Source: Treponema sp.
GTDB taxonomy: Bacteria > Spirochaetota > Spirochaetia > Treponematales > Treponemataceae
Reading direction: 5' to 3'
NCBI GenBank assembly: GCA_016290995.1
Contig: JAEEVR010000001.1
Coordinates: forward strand, 100,282-164,281
Length of the DNA: 64,000 nt
The position numbers and the translations under genes are program-made. Positions 29,074 to 39,204 of this stretch are shown piece by piece (the stretch's first letter is position 1; each line of letters begins with the position of its first letter). The notes under the pieces were generated by a model. The model was not told the origin of the DNA. It was given only the letters and a program-made list of their open reading frames with translations, and did not search any database.

Positions 29074-32072
29074 TTTCTAAATCATACAAGGGCTTTGACT
29101 TGATAAGCGCCCAGGACGTTCCCGACTGTTCCAGCAAGGGAATTTATTTAAGGCACAGAAAGACCGGCCTTGAAGTCTACCATTTGCTTAACGACGACGA
29201 AGAAAATCTTTTTGCCTTTGCCTTTAGGACTCCCAACGACAAGTCCAACGGCGCGGCGCACATCGTTGAGCATTCCGTTTTTTGCGGCTCAAAAAAATAT
29301 CCGTTAAAGGATCCCTTTGCGGTTTTGGAAAACCAAAGCGTCCAAACTTTTATGAACGCGATGACTTTTCCCGACAAGACGGTTTATCCCGCAAGCTCCC
29401 TGCTGCCGGCCGATTACTTTAACCTTATGAGCGTTTACGCCGACGCGGTTTTTTTTCCGACGTTAAGCAAAGAAACTTTTTTGCAAGAAGGCCGCCGCGT
29501 TGAGCTGGACTCAAAGGGAAAGCCAAAAATCGTAGGCGTCGTCTTTAACGAAATGAAAGGCGTCTATTCTTCTTTTGACAGGACGGTTGGCGACGTCATC
29601 GGAAGGGCGCTGCTTCCTGACACGATTTACGCAAAGGACTCCGGCGGCGACCCACTAGAGGTTGCCCAGCTTACTTACAAAGAATTCAAGGACTTTCACA
29701 AAGAGCATTACTCGCCGCAAAACTGCCTTGTCTTTTTGTACGGAAACATTCCGACAGAAAAGCAATTGGATTTTTTGCAAAAGAACGTCTTGGATTTTTT
29801 TGAGCAAAGCGGAACGAAATTCGATTCACTAAAGCAAAAGAAATTTTTGGAACGGACGCTAAAGGCCGAAACGCAAAAGCCCTTTAATAAAATGGCAGTT
29901 TTGCGTGAAATCGCTCCGCTTAGTCCGGGCGATAAAGAGCCGACCGCGCTTGTCTCTTGGCTGTGGGGAAATTCCGACAACATCGCCGACTACACTGAGT
30001 GCCTTTTTTTGGGGAACTTGCTGTGCGCGCAAGACGGTTCGCCTCTTTCGGCGGCCTTGCTAAAGAGCGGCTTGGGAAAGGACTTGAGTTCTGCAAACGG
30101 AGTTGACGTTTCGGAGCGGCAAATCACTTTTAGCGTTGGACTTCGCGGAGTAAAAAAGCAAAACGAAGGCAAGTTAAAAGATTTTATCCTGAACGAGATT
30201 CAAAAGATTTATAAAGATGGAATTTCGCAGGACGACATCGAGTCCACCTTTAACAAAATTGACTTTATGCACAGGGAAGTAAGGCGCTCGCACGGACCTT
30301 TTTCTTTGGTCTTGATGCGCCGCGCGCTTCGCTCGTGGAATTACGGCGGAGAGCCTGGAAACAGCGTTTCTTCGCGCGACGCCTTTGACCGCCTAAAAGA
30401 AAAAATTAGCGCCGACCCAAATTACATAAAGGCCTTGATAAAAAAATATTTGATTGACAACAAGTCATGCGCGTGGACCGTAATCGTTCCCGACAAAAAA
30501 TATTTGGCCCAACGCGAGGCCCAAGAAAAGAAAATCACCGCGGCGCTTGCAGGACGCGCGACAAAGGCCCAAATAAAAAAAGAGACCGCTGACTTGCGCC
30601 TTTGGCAGCAAACGCCCGACAGCGAAGAAAACAAAGCCTTGATTCCGCACATTCGGCCTCGCGACCTAAAGGTCATCGGCGAAAAAATAAAAATCGCGCG
30701 AACGCAAATCAAGGGCGGCCGCGGTTCTGTTCCGCTTTTTAAAAGCTTGGAAAACACAAATGGAATCGCCTATGTGACCGCCGCCTTTCCCTTTGACATT
30801 TTTGAGCCGGAACTTTATCCTTGCCTTCCGTTTTTTGCCTACATTCTTAACGAGCTTGGCTGGGGCGGCTTGCGCTGGGACAAAAGCTCGCTTTTAATCG
30901 CAAAGACTTGCGGCGGTTTTGGAACGACGCCCTTTGTCCATTCCTGTCCAAACAGCCCTGGAGCGAGAGCGATGGCAAAAGAAAACCGCGCCTTTGCCGG
31001 CCGCCAATGGCTTTTTTGCAAAGTGAGAGCGGTGGATCAAAAGATCGCCGCTTCGGTAGACATGATGCGCGATTGTTTGCAAGGCGCCCGCTTTGACGAC
31101 AAAAAGCGCGTCAAAACTTTGGCCGAGGAATTCTTGAGCGACTTGGAAAGTTCGGCGCTTCCCAACGGTCACAGTTTTGCCATCGGACGCGCCACGCGCA
31201 TGGCCGACAGGGCTTGCGCGATTGACGAAATCTGGGACGGCTTTTGCCAAATATTTACGATGAGAAAGCTTTTGTCCGACCTGGACGGAACGATTCAAAA
31301 AATGAAATTCATCGCGTCAAAAATTTTCGACGCGGGCGCGATCTTGCACGTAACCGCCGACAAAAGCTCGATGCCCTCCGCCTTAAAGGCCGTCAAGAAA
31401 TTCGCGCTTGACATGAACTTGCGCTCCCCGATAAAAAAATACGCAGCCTCCGACCAGGCCTTTTTTGACTTGACAAACTTGGCAAAGGCCGGCAAAAAAA
31501 GCGGCTATGTCAAAGACCGAGAGGTTGTCGCGGTTCACGGAATGGTGGGCTTTGCCGCGCTTTCGTTCAAGTCGGCCAAGTACGCAAGCCGCGAGGCGCT
31601 TGCGGAAAAAGTTTTGGCGCACCTTTTGTCCAGCGGCGCCTTGTGGGAAAAAATCAGGACTGTCGGCGGAGCCTACGGCGCCGGAGCGCACATCGATTCG
31701 TTTTCGCGCCGTTGGAATATGTACACTTACCGCGACCCAAATCCTTTGGCAAGCCTTTCGGCCTTTGACGAGTGCTTGCGCCAAGCGGCGGCCAGTCCCT
31801 TTGATCGCGGCACGGTTGAAAAAGCGATTGCCGGAACTTTTTCCGACGCCATTTTGCCCAAGGCTCCAAAGGACAGGGGCGACATCGCCTTTTACCGCCA
31901 GCTTTGCCTTATTGACGAAAAGGAAGTTTTGGCCAATGCAAAAATTCTTTTGACCATAACTCCCAAGGACTTGCAGCTGGCCGCCCGCCGTCTTTTGAGG
32001 GAACGGCAAAAAGCGGCCAACAGCGTTCTTATCGTTCCGCAAGGCTCCTCTCCCGTCGACATAGAAATATAG
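29070..32072 (+). CDS. M16C (presequence protease/insulinase) metallopeptidase
   Basis: GAAHIVEHSVFCGS, MNAMTFPDKTVYP, GVVFNEMKG, SGGDP, IRTVGGAYGA, YRDP. Confidence 0.93.
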   Translation: MISKSYKGFDLISAQDVPDCSSKGIYLRHRKTGLEVYHLLNDDEENLFAFAFRTPNDKSNGAAHIVEHSVFCGSKKYPLKDPFAVLENQSVQTFMNAMTFPDKTVYPASSLLPADYFNLMSVYADAVFFPTLSKETFLQEGRRVELDSKGKPKIVGVVFNEMKGVYSSFDRTVGDVIGRALLPDTIYAKDSGGDPLEVAQLTYKEFKDFHKEHYSPQNCLVFLYGNIPTEKQLDFLQKNVLDFFEQSGTKFDSLKQKKFLERTLKAETQKPFNKMAVLREIAPLSPGDKEPTALVSWLWGNSDNIADYTECLFLGNLLCAQDGSPLSAALLKSGLGKDLSSANGVDVSERQITFSVGLRGVKKQNEGKLKDFILNEIQKIYKDGISQDDIESTFNKIDFMHREVRRSHGPFSLVLMRRALRSWNYGGEPGNSVSSRDAFDRLKEKISADPNYIKALIKKYLIDNKSCAWTVIVPDKKYLAQREAQEKKITAALAGRATKAQIKKETADLRLWQQTPDSEENKALIPHIRPRDLKVIGEKIKIARTQIKGGRGSVPLFKSLENTNGIAYVTAAFPFDIFEPELYPCLPFFAYILNELGWGGLRWDKSSLLIAKTCGGFGTTPFVHSCPNSPGARAMAKENRAFAGRQWLFCKVRAVDQKIAASVDMMRDCLQGARFDDKKRVKTLAEEFLSDLESSALPNGHSFAIGRATRMADRACAIDEIWDGFCQIFTMRKLLSDLDGTIQKMKFIASKIFDAGAILHVTADKSSMPSALKAVKKFALDMNLRSPIKKYAASDQAFFDLTNLAKAGKKSGYVKDREVVAVHGMVGFAALSFKSAKYASREALAEKVLAHLLSSGALWEKIRTVGGAYGAGAHIDSFSRRWNMYTYRDPNPLASLSAFDECLRQAAASPFDRGTVEKAIAGTFSDAILPKAPKDRGDIAFYRQLCLIDEKEVLANAKILLTITPKDLQLAARRLLRERQKAANSVLIVPQGSSPVDIEI

Positions 32073-32227
32073 CGGCGCGCTTTTAGGCTTGAAAGCAATT
32101 TAAATCTCCACTATAATATAGCGGCAAAAAAACGGCGGCAAGCTTAAAATTCTGGATAGCCGCATAAGCGGCAACATTCGCGCTTGTTAACTAACGCGCG
32201 CGAACAGCCGTACTGTTGGAGAAAACT

Positions 32228-34282
32228 ATGTCATTGGAAAAAATGCGCAACATCGGAATCATGGCCCACATCGACGCGGGAAAAACCACGACCACCGAAC
32301 GAATTCTTTACTACACAAAAAAGATTCACAAGATTGGCGAGATTGACGACGGCCAAGCCACGATGGACTGGATGGCGCAGGAACAGGAGCGCGGAATCAC
32401 GATTTGTTCCGCCGCCACAACAACTTATTGGAAGAACTATCAAATCAACATAATCGACACGCCCGGCCACGTTGACTTTACGGCGGAAGTCGAGCGCAGC
32501 CTCCGCGTCCTTGACGGCGCCGTCTGCGTTTTGTGCGCGGTTGACGGCGTTCAGCCCCAGACCGAAACCGTATGGAAGCAGGCCGACGAGTTCAACGTTC
32601 CCCGCTTGTGCTTTATGAACAAGATGGACAGAATCGGAGCCGACTTCTTTGGCTCGATGGAGGACGTCCACAACAAGTTTGGCGTGGAATGCGTCGCTCT
32701 CCAAATCCCAATCGGACAAGGCCCCGACTTTGAGGGCGTCATCGACCTTTTAAATATGAAGGAAATCCGCTGGGACGCGGAATCCGAGGGCGAAAAATTC
32801 ACCGAGAGTGACATCGACCCAAGCCGCTTGGACGAAGCCAAAGAATGGCGCGAAAAGTTGGTCGACGCGGTGGCTTCTAGCGACGACGCGCTTGCCGAGC
32901 TTTACTTGGAAGGAAAGGAAATCACGGTGGAGCAATTAAAGGCCGCGCTCCGAAAGGGTACGATAAGCCGCGCCTTTGTTCCATTCGTCATGGGAAGCTC
33001 GCGCCACAACCAGGGCGTGCAGCCCCTTATCGACGCGGTCGTCGACTACCTTCCGGCGCCGGACGAAATTCCTCCGGCCAAGGGCGTTCACGTAAAGCGC
33101 GACAAGACAGAAGACGTCGAAGTTCCCTGCAAGGAAAACGGCCAGGCCCTTGGCCTTGTCTTTAAAATCCAGTACGACCGCGAGATGGGACCGCTTTGCT
33201 ACGTCCGCATGTATTCAGGAAAAATCGCGGCCGGAACGCAAGTCTTTAACGTCGGAAAGAAAAAGCGCGAGCGCGTCAACCGCATTTTGCGCATGCACGC
33301 CGACAAGTCCGAGCCGATGGAAAGCGTCAGCGCGGGCGACATCGCGGTCTTTATCGGCCTAAAATTGGCGCAGACCGGCGACAGCCTTGGAAGCGAAGGC
33401 TTCCCGGTTCTCTTGGAAAGCGTCAACTTCCCCGAGCCTGTAATCAGCGTGGCCATCGAGCCCGACTCAATCAGCGAGCGCGACAAGCTCAACGAAACTT
33501 TGGAAATACTTTCGCGCGAAGACCCGACCTTCACTCACAAAGAAGACGCCGAAACCGGCCAGATGATTATCAGCGGAATGGGCGAGCTGCACCTTGACGT
33601 TTTGGTCACCCGCATGAAGGACGACTTTGGCGTAAAGGCGCGCGTAGGCTCTCCGCAGGTAACTTACCGCGAGGCCGTCACCGCCGAGTCCACCGCGACC
33701 GAAAACTACAGCCGCGTACTTGGCGGAAAGGAAAACACCGCCGGAATCACGGTCACAATCAGCCCGCGCGAGACGGGAAGCGGCAACAGCTACGAATGCG
33801 CTGTCCGCGATTCCGCCATTCCCGAAGAAATTTACGACGCGGTCAAAAACGGCTTTGAAAGCGCCTTGTCCGCCGGAATCAACTACGGCTATCCCTGCGT
33901 TGACACGGCCGTAAAAGTCACCGCGCTTGACTACAACGAGCTTACTTCCACAACCTTTGCCTTTGAGGCTTGCGCCGTGGCCGCCTTTGACAAGGCTTGC
34001 AAGACCGCCGCTCCCGAACTTTTGGAGCCTGTAATGGACGTTGAAATCTCTTGCCCCAAGGAATTTGTCGGCGAGGCGATGAGCCAAGTGACCCAGCGCG
34101 GCGGAATGATCATGGGCCAGGATTCCAAGCCCAGCGCGGAATTGATTCACTGCGAGGCGCCAATGGCCAAAATGTTCGGCTTTAGCACCAATTTGCGCAG
34201 CGTAACCCAGGGCCGAGCCAGCTTCCAAATGGAGTTCAGCCACTTCCAAGTAAAGGTCGGCGGCCTGGGCAGCGCCTATTGA
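32228..34282 (+). CDS. fusA: Elongation factor G, standalone paralog (EF-G2/recycling type likely)
   Basis: AHIDAGKTT, ERGITI, DTPGHVDF, NKMD, GMGELHL; domain IV loops diverged; not in the str operon. Confidence 0.92.
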   Translation: MSLEKMRNIGIMAHIDAGKTTTTERILYYTKKIHKIGEIDDGQATMDWMAQEQERGITICSAATTTYWKNYQINIIDTPGHVDFTAEVERSLRVLDGAVCVLCAVDGVQPQTETVWKQADEFNVPRLCFMNKMDRIGADFFGSMEDVHNKFGVECVALQIPIGQGPDFEGVIDLLNMKEIRWDAESEGEKFTESDIDPSRLDEAKEWREKLVDAVASSDDALAELYLEGKEITVEQLKAALRKGTISRAFVPFVMGSSRHNQGVQPLIDAVVDYLPAPDEIPPAKGVHVKRDKTEDVEVPCKENGQALGLVFKIQYDREMGPLCYVRMYSGKIAAGTQVFNVGKKKRERVNRILRMHADKSEPMESVSAGDIAVFIGLKLAQTGDSLGSEGFPVLLESVNFPEPVISVAIEPDSISERDKLNETLEILSREDPTFTHKEDAETGQMIISGMGELHLDVLVTRMKDDFGVKARVGSPQVTYREAVTAESTATENYSRVLGGKENTAGITVTISPRETGSGNSYECAVRDSAIPEEIYDAVKNGFESALSAGINYGYPCVDTAVKVTALDYNELTSTTFAFEACAVAAFDKACKTAAPELLEPVMDVEISCPKEFVGEAMSQVTQRGGMIMGQDSKPSAELIHCEAPMAKMFGFSTNLRSVTQGRASFQMEFSHFQVKVGGLGSAY

Positions 34283-34391
34283 CAGCGCTCGTGAGAGCGC
34301 AAGTGGATAATTTCCTTGCCAAAACGACGCGAAGCGGCGTACTAGCGCTGTCTTGACTTGCGGCTTTTGTTTGCGCTATAATTTAAGGATT

Positions 34392-34838
34392 ATGGGAACA
34401 AGATGTTTTGCAATGCTTAAACCTGGCGTGTTGAACCGCAGGTTGGTCGGCGAGGTTATCAGCCGGCTTGAACACAAAGGCCTTAAATTGGTCGGCCTTA
34501 AAATGATGAATATTTCGCCCGAATTGGCGTCCAAGCATTACGCCGAGCACAAGGGAAAGGCTTTTTACGATTCTCTCGTAGGATACATAACCAGCGGCCC
34601 TGTAGTGGCCATGTGCTGGCAAGGCGACGACTGCGTCACTTTGGTTCGCAAATTGGTAGGCTCAACAAGCCCCGCCGAAGCCCATCCGGGAACGATTCGC
34701 GGCGACTTTTGCTGCCACACTCAGTACAACGTAATTCACGCCTCGGACAGCGACACTAGCGCCGAGCGCGAAATCAATTTGTTCTTTAAGCCGGAAGAGT
34801 TGATCGACTGGGAAGACAACGCTTCCATTTGGTTCTAA
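34392..34838 (+). CDS. ndk: Nucleoside diphosphate kinase
   Basis: LKP, HYAEHKGK, TSGPVV, PGTIRGD, NVIHASD; promoter TTGACT(34353)..TATAAT(34377). Confidence 0.95.
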   Translation: MGTRCFAMLKPGVLNRRLVGEVISRLEHKGLKLVGLKMMNISPELASKHYAEHKGKAFYDSLVGYITSGPVVAMCWQGDDCVTLVRKLVGSTSPAEAHPGTIRGDFCCHTQYNVIHASDSDTSAEREINLFFKPEELIDWEDNASIWF

Positions 34839-34860
34839 TTTTTTTACAGAAGGCTTTGCG

Positions 34861-35919
34861 ATGGCTGCTAAAAAGACTGTTGGAGTTATAGGCGCGGGCG
34901 CGTGGGGAACGGGCTTTGCCCAGGCTTTGGCGCGCGGCGGACATGACGTGACCCTTTGGGCCATGGAAGACGAGGTTGTCTCTTCAATCAACAACGAGCA
35001 TGAAAACAAAAAATTCCTGCCCGACTTAAAATTGGACGCAAACCTTAAGGCTTCGACCGACATTAAGGAAGTGGCCGCCGGCAAGGAATTCCTTGTCTTG
35101 GCCTCGCCATCGCTTTACTTGGCTCCTACGCTCAAAAAAATCATTGACATTCCAAACATCGCCGACGGAAGCACAAACATCGGCGTTTTGACAAAAGGCT
35201 TTGTTCCTTCGGCCGACGGCCCCAAGCTTATTGTCGAGACTATGGAAAGCGTTTTGCCTGACTTTTACAAGGGCTGCGTTTGCTACATTTCAGGCCCCAG
35301 CCACGCGGAAGAAGTGGCCATCGGAAAAATAACGGGCCTTGTCGCCGCAAGCGAAAATCCAAAAATTTCCATTAGATTCCGCGAGCTTATGCGGGTTCCT
35401 GGCCTTATGGCTTACTCAAGCTTTGACGTTGTGGGCGTGCAAATCTGCGCGGCGGCAAAGAACATCATCGCCGTCGTTTACGGGGCCCTTGACGCGATCA
35501 GCGAAACCAGCGACATCTTTGGCGACAACGCCGAAAGCCTTTTGATGGCCGCCGGCCTTAACGAAATCCAAACCTTGGGCTTTGCCATGGGAGCGACGCA
35601 CGCCGAGACTTTCACTTCGATCGCCGGAGTGGGCGACCTTGACGTAACTTGCAAAAGCAAGTACGGCCGCAACCGCCGCTTTGGCCAAGAGATGATTAAG
35701 ACCGATTTGCTTTCCAACTTTAAAGACTTGGACGACCTTATCGCCAACGTTTCAAAAATCGGATACCTTCCCGAAGGCGCCATCGCCTGCAAATACGTTC
35801 ACCAAATCGCGCAAAGCAAAAACATAAAGCTTTTGATTTGCGACGGCCTTTACCGCATTCTTAACCGCGAGATTGAGCCGGAAGACTTTATGCTTGAACT
35901 CTTGATGGGAAATAAATAA
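34861..35919 (+). CDS. gpsA: NAD(P)H-dependent glycerol-3-phosphate dehydrogenase
   Basis: IGAGAWGT, TKG, SGPSHAEE, AKNIIA, AGVGDLDVTC..RNRRFG. Confidence 0.94.
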   Translation: MAAKKTVGVIGAGAWGTGFAQALARGGHDVTLWAMEDEVVSSINNEHENKKFLPDLKLDANLKASTDIKEVAAGKEFLVLASPSLYLAPTLKKIIDIPNIADGSTNIGVLTKGFVPSADGPKLIVETMESVLPDFYKGCVCYISGPSHAEEVAIGKITGLVAASENPKISIRFRELMRVPGLMAYSSFDVVGVQICAAAKNIIAVVYGALDAISETSDIFGDNAESLLMAAGLNEIQTLGFAMGATHAETFTSIAGVGDLDVTCKSKYGRNRRFGQEMIKTDLLSNFKDLDDLIANVSKIGYLPEGAIACKYVHQIAQSKNIKLLICDGLYRILNREIEPEDFMLELLMGNK

Positions 35920-37352
35920 TGTTAGAAAAACTTACAAACGCCTTTACTGACGTTTTTAGAACGATCAGCGGAAAATCTTCGATTACAGAAAAAAACATTG
36001 AGGACGCGGTAGAGCAAATAAAGATGGCCTTGCTTGAGGCCGACGTAAACCTCCGCGTCGTTCGCCGCTTTGTGAACGGAGCGATAGAAGAAGCCAAGGG
36101 CGAAAAGGTTCTCCGAGCCGTTGACCCCGGCCAGCAATTTGTAAAAATAATTTACGACAGAATCGTCGCCATGCTTGGCGACACAAAGCAAGACCTTAAG
36201 CTAAAAGGCCCCGACACCCAGAGCGTAATCCTTATGCTGGGCTTGCAGGGCGCGGGTAAGACAACCGCCAGCCACAAGCTTGCCGCCCGCCTAAAAAAAG
36301 ACGGCCGCCGCCCCCTCCTTGCCGCCTGCGACTTGGTTCGTCCGGCCGCCGTCGAGCAGCTTTGCGTTCTTGGTCAAAAGATTGACGTTCCGGTTTACAA
36401 AGAGGACGGCGCCAAGGACGCGGTAAAGGTTGCCCAAAACGCGATCGACTACGCCAAAAAGAACGGCCTTGACACAATCATTTTGGACACCGCCGGCCGT
36501 CTCCAGATCGACCAAACGATGATGGAGGAATTGGTCCAAATTAAAAAGGCGGCCGATCCGGTGGAAACGATTTTGGTCGCCGACGCGATGACCGGCCAAA
36601 ACGCCGTTGACATCGCCAAATCCTTTGACGAGCAGCTTGGCCTTACGGGCGTCGTTCTTACAAAATTCGATTCCGACGCGCGAGGCGGCGCGGCCCTTTC
36701 GTTAAAGTCAATCACGCAAAAGCCCATCCTCTTTATCGGAACGGGCGAAAAGACCGAAGACTTTGAAGTATTCCACCCTGAACGCATAGCAAGCCGCATC
36801 CTTGGCATGGGCGACGTCGTAAGCCTTGTAGAAAAGGCGCAAGAAAAAGTCGACATGGAACAAGCCGCCGCCATGCAAAAAAAGATGGCCAAAAACGAGT
36901 TTACCCTCGACGACATGCTGGCCCAGTTCCAGCAAGTAAAGAAGATGGGAAACATGCAGTCGCTTTTGGAAATGATTCCGGGAGCGGCGGCGGCCATGCA
37001 AGGACGCGACCTTGACACCAGCGGAATGAAGCGCCAAGAAGCCATCATTCAATCGATGACAAAAAAAGAGCGCGCCAACCATTTGATCATCGGCCCCAGC
37101 CGCCGCAAGCGCATCGCAAAAGGCTCGGGCACAAGCGTTGCCGAAGTGAACAAGCTTATAAAGCAGTTTGAAAAGACAAAGCTTACGATGAAAAAAGTAA
37201 GCCGCAACAAGGGCTTGCAAGCCCAGCTTATGGGCCAAATGATGGGCGGCGGCGGAATGCCCGGCATGGGCGGCGCTGGCGGAATGGGCGGCCTAGGAGG
37301 CATGGATCTCAACGCCCTCGCCAAAAAGTTTGGCGGCGGATTAAAATTCTAG
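35919..37352 (+). CDS. ffh: Signal recognition particle protein
   Basis: ALLEADVN, GLQGAGKTT, DTAGR, TKFDSDARGG, RILGMGD, SMTKKER. Confidence 0.97.
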   Translation: MLEKLTNAFTDVFRTISGKSSITEKNIEDAVEQIKMALLEADVNLRVVRRFVNGAIEEAKGEKVLRAVDPGQQFVKIIYDRIVAMLGDTKQDLKLKGPDTQSVILMLGLQGAGKTTASHKLAARLKKDGRRPLLAACDLVRPAAVEQLCVLGQKIDVPVYKEDGAKDAVKVAQNAIDYAKKNGLDTIILDTAGRLQIDQTMMEELVQIKKAADPVETILVADAMTGQNAVDIAKSFDEQLGLTGVVLTKFDSDARGGAALSLKSITQKPILFIGTGEKTEDFEVFHPERIASRILGMGDVVSLVEKAQEKVDMEQAAAMQKKMAKNEFTLDDMLAQFQQVKKMGNMQSLLEMIPGAAAAMQGRDLDTSGMKRQEAIIQSMTKKERANHLIIGPSRRKRIAKGSGTSVAEVNKLIKQFEKTKLTMKKVSRNKGLQAQLMGQMMGGGGMPGMGGAGGMGGLGGMDLNALAKKFGGGLKF

Positions 37353-37358
37353 TAAAAC

Positions 37359-37388
37359 AAAAAGGCGGCCGTCTAAGCCGCCTTTTTT
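37359..37388. terminator. Bidirectional terminator
   Basis: AAAAAGGCGGC..GCCGCCTTTTTT between convergent genes. Confidence 0.8.
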
Positions 37389-37424
37389 GTTTGCCGCGCG
37401 TTTTGGTTTTGCGACAGTTTCCTG

Positions 37425-38153
37425 TTACTCTACAACCAGTTTTGAAATTGGCCGGCCGTCTTCGGTCCAGGCCATGTCGTGGTTGGTGCGGTCCGGAAAG
37501 CGTTCCGCTCCGATGTAATAAACGTAATAGTAAGTTCCGGTCGGAAGCGGCAAGTCCAACTCGTAAAGGCCGGCCGCCGTTTCCTTAAGCTCGTAAATCC
37601 AGCTGTCCCACTTTGTAAAGGTTCCCGCAAGGCGAACTTTTTGTCCGCTTTTTCCGCGGTAAACAAAATGCGTGGCGCTGCTGTTGCCGGCGGCCGCGGT
37701 TCTTGTAGCCGCTCCCTGGCGCTTGTGGACTGTCAGCTCCGAAAGATGGATGCCGGTCTGAGTGTCGTAATATTTTTGCGGGTTAAGGCTGTCCGTGGTC
37801 CAAAGGCCGTCGATGATCATGCGGTAGTAAATCTTTGAAACTTGCGGAACGTCTTCCAAAATGTAAAAGTACCAAGTGTTGACGGGATCGTTGTTTTCAT
37901 CGTAGGTTGTCTTTCGCATAAAGGGATGGATGATTTGATAGTTTTCAAAGTCAAATGCGATTCCAACGTAGCGGGGGCCCAATTCGGCGCTAAAGACGAT
38001 GCAGCCGTCTTTTTCAAAGGGAGCGGAAGGGCCTTGCAATTTTTGGGCGATGTCGCGGTATTCGTAAGAATAAGGCGATTCGACAGTCTTTTCGGCGGCC
38101 GCCGTTCCAACAAAAAGAGCCAGCGCGGCCAAAATCAAAAGCGACTTTTTCAT
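37425..38153 (-). CDS. Secreted protein with CBM48/AMPK-beta-like glycogen-binding domains
   Basis: VRLAGTFTKWD..LYELDLPLPTGTYYY and YRMIIDGLWTTD; signal peptide. Confidence 0.75.
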   Translation of the reverse strand: MKKSLLILAALALFVGTAAAEKTVESPYSYEYRDIAQKLQGPSAPFEKDGCIVFSAELGPRYVGIAFDFENYQIIHPFMRKTTYDENNDPVNTWYFYILEDVPQVSKIYYRMIIDGLWTTDSLNPQKYYDTQTGIHLSELTVHKRQGAATRTAAAGNSSATHFVYRGKSGQKVRLAGTFTKWDSWIYELKETAAGLYELDLPLPTGTYYYVYYIGAERFPDRTNHDMAWTEDGRPISKLVVE

Positions 38154-38160
38154 AACTATT

Positions 38161-38188
38161 ATATCGGAAAAATCGCCGCCGCGCTTTA
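38161..38188 (-). promoter_or_regulatory. Sigma28-like promoter
   Basis: TAAA-N16-TCCGATAT on - strand just upstream of the start. Confidence 0.45.
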
Positions 38189-38209
38189 TGGTCTTGCAAA
38201 GAATTCTCT

Positions 38210-39196
38210 TTACAAAACGCGCGAAAATTCTTTTACGATTTGGGGAATAAGCGTGGCGATTTTACCTTGGACGCTCATGCCGCTGGCGTTTTTGTGGCCG
38301 CCGCCGCCAAATTTGGCCGCAACCGCGCTTACGTCAATGTCGTCAAGGCTTCTAAAGCCGCCAGTGCAAGAAGAGTCGGTTTCTTGGCGCAAGAATACGG
38401 CGGCCTGGATTCCCTGCGCGCTTAATAGGGCGGAATAAAGCGCGTCGCTGTCACGGCCTTCCTGCCCGTAATTTTTGGTGTCTTCCATCGTCTCGTAGGT
38501 TACGGCAAGCTTTCCGTTGCAGTAAAGTTCCGTTCTGGAAAGCAAAAGGCCCAAAAGCTTTCTTGTAGACCAAGGCTTTCCGCCGGTGATGTGGTTGTAC
38601 ATTTTGTTGGGGTTGGCCCCGTAGCGCACTAGGCGGGCGGCCAGCTCAAAAACGTCGGCGCTGTCCTCGCGCAAAAAGCGGAAAAAGCCGGTGTCCGTGC
38701 TAAGGCCCAAGAACATTATTTTTGCCGTCTCAGCGTCGGGCTTTCCCACGATTCCCTCGTAAAGCATCGTCAAAAGGCAAACGGCGGCGGGGCTTGTCGG
38801 GTCGATTATCGCCTGCGCTCCGGCCGGAATTTCGGCGGTTTTGTGGTGGTCCACGATAAAGGTGTCAAAGCCCTTAAGGCTTTCGCCAAAGTCGCCCGCG
38901 CGGTTAAGTTCCGAACAGTCCACAACCAAAAGGCCTGTCTTTTTTCGGTCCTGCTGGCTCAAAAAGGGAATTTGGTCTGTAAAGTCTTTTTCGTACTGGC
39001 GGATTTCGGGCCGCTTAAAGGGGCCGGCGTTGAGCAAAATGTATTCTTTGTCCAAGGCCTTAAGGATTGCCGCCGCCGTTAGGCTGCTTGAAACGCAATC
39101 GCCGTCCGGATCCTTGTGGCCCGCGACTATAAAAGCGTCGTGGCTTTCCACAAAGGCCCTAAAGGCGGCGATTTGGCTTGAGTCCAGTATTTTCAT
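38210..39196 (-). CDS. nrnA: DHH/DHHA1 phosphoesterase (NrnA-like)
   Basis: HKDPDGD, VVDCS, VDHH, TDTGFF, FGGGGHKNASG. Confidence 0.9.
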   Translation of the reverse strand: MKILDSSQIAAFRAFVESHDAFIVAGHKDPDGDCVSSSLTAAAILKALDKEYILLNAGPFKRPEIRQYEKDFTDQIPFLSQQDRKKTGLLVVDCSELNRAGDFGESLKGFDTFIVDHHKTAEIPAGAQAIIDPTSPAAVCLLTMLYEGIVGKPDAETAKIMFLGLSTDTGFFRFLREDSADVFELAARLVRYGANPNKMYNHITGGKPWSTRKLLGLLLSRTELYCNGKLAVTYETMEDTKNYGQEGRDSDALYSALLSAQGIQAAVFLRQETDSSCTGGFRSLDDIDVSAVAAKFGGGGHKNASGMSVQGKIATLIPQIVKEFSRVL

Positions 39197-39204
39197 TTGA
39201 AAGG

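Noticed and set aside
33467-34249. Long antisense ORFs (e.g. 260 aa opposite fusA, 263 aa opposite lptD, 241 aa opposite uvrB)
   Set aside because: Expected shadows of biased codon usage in well-supported genes.
37230-37310. GGM-rich repeat at the Ffh C-terminus
   Set aside because: Ordinary low-complexity M-domain tail, not a DNA repeat array.
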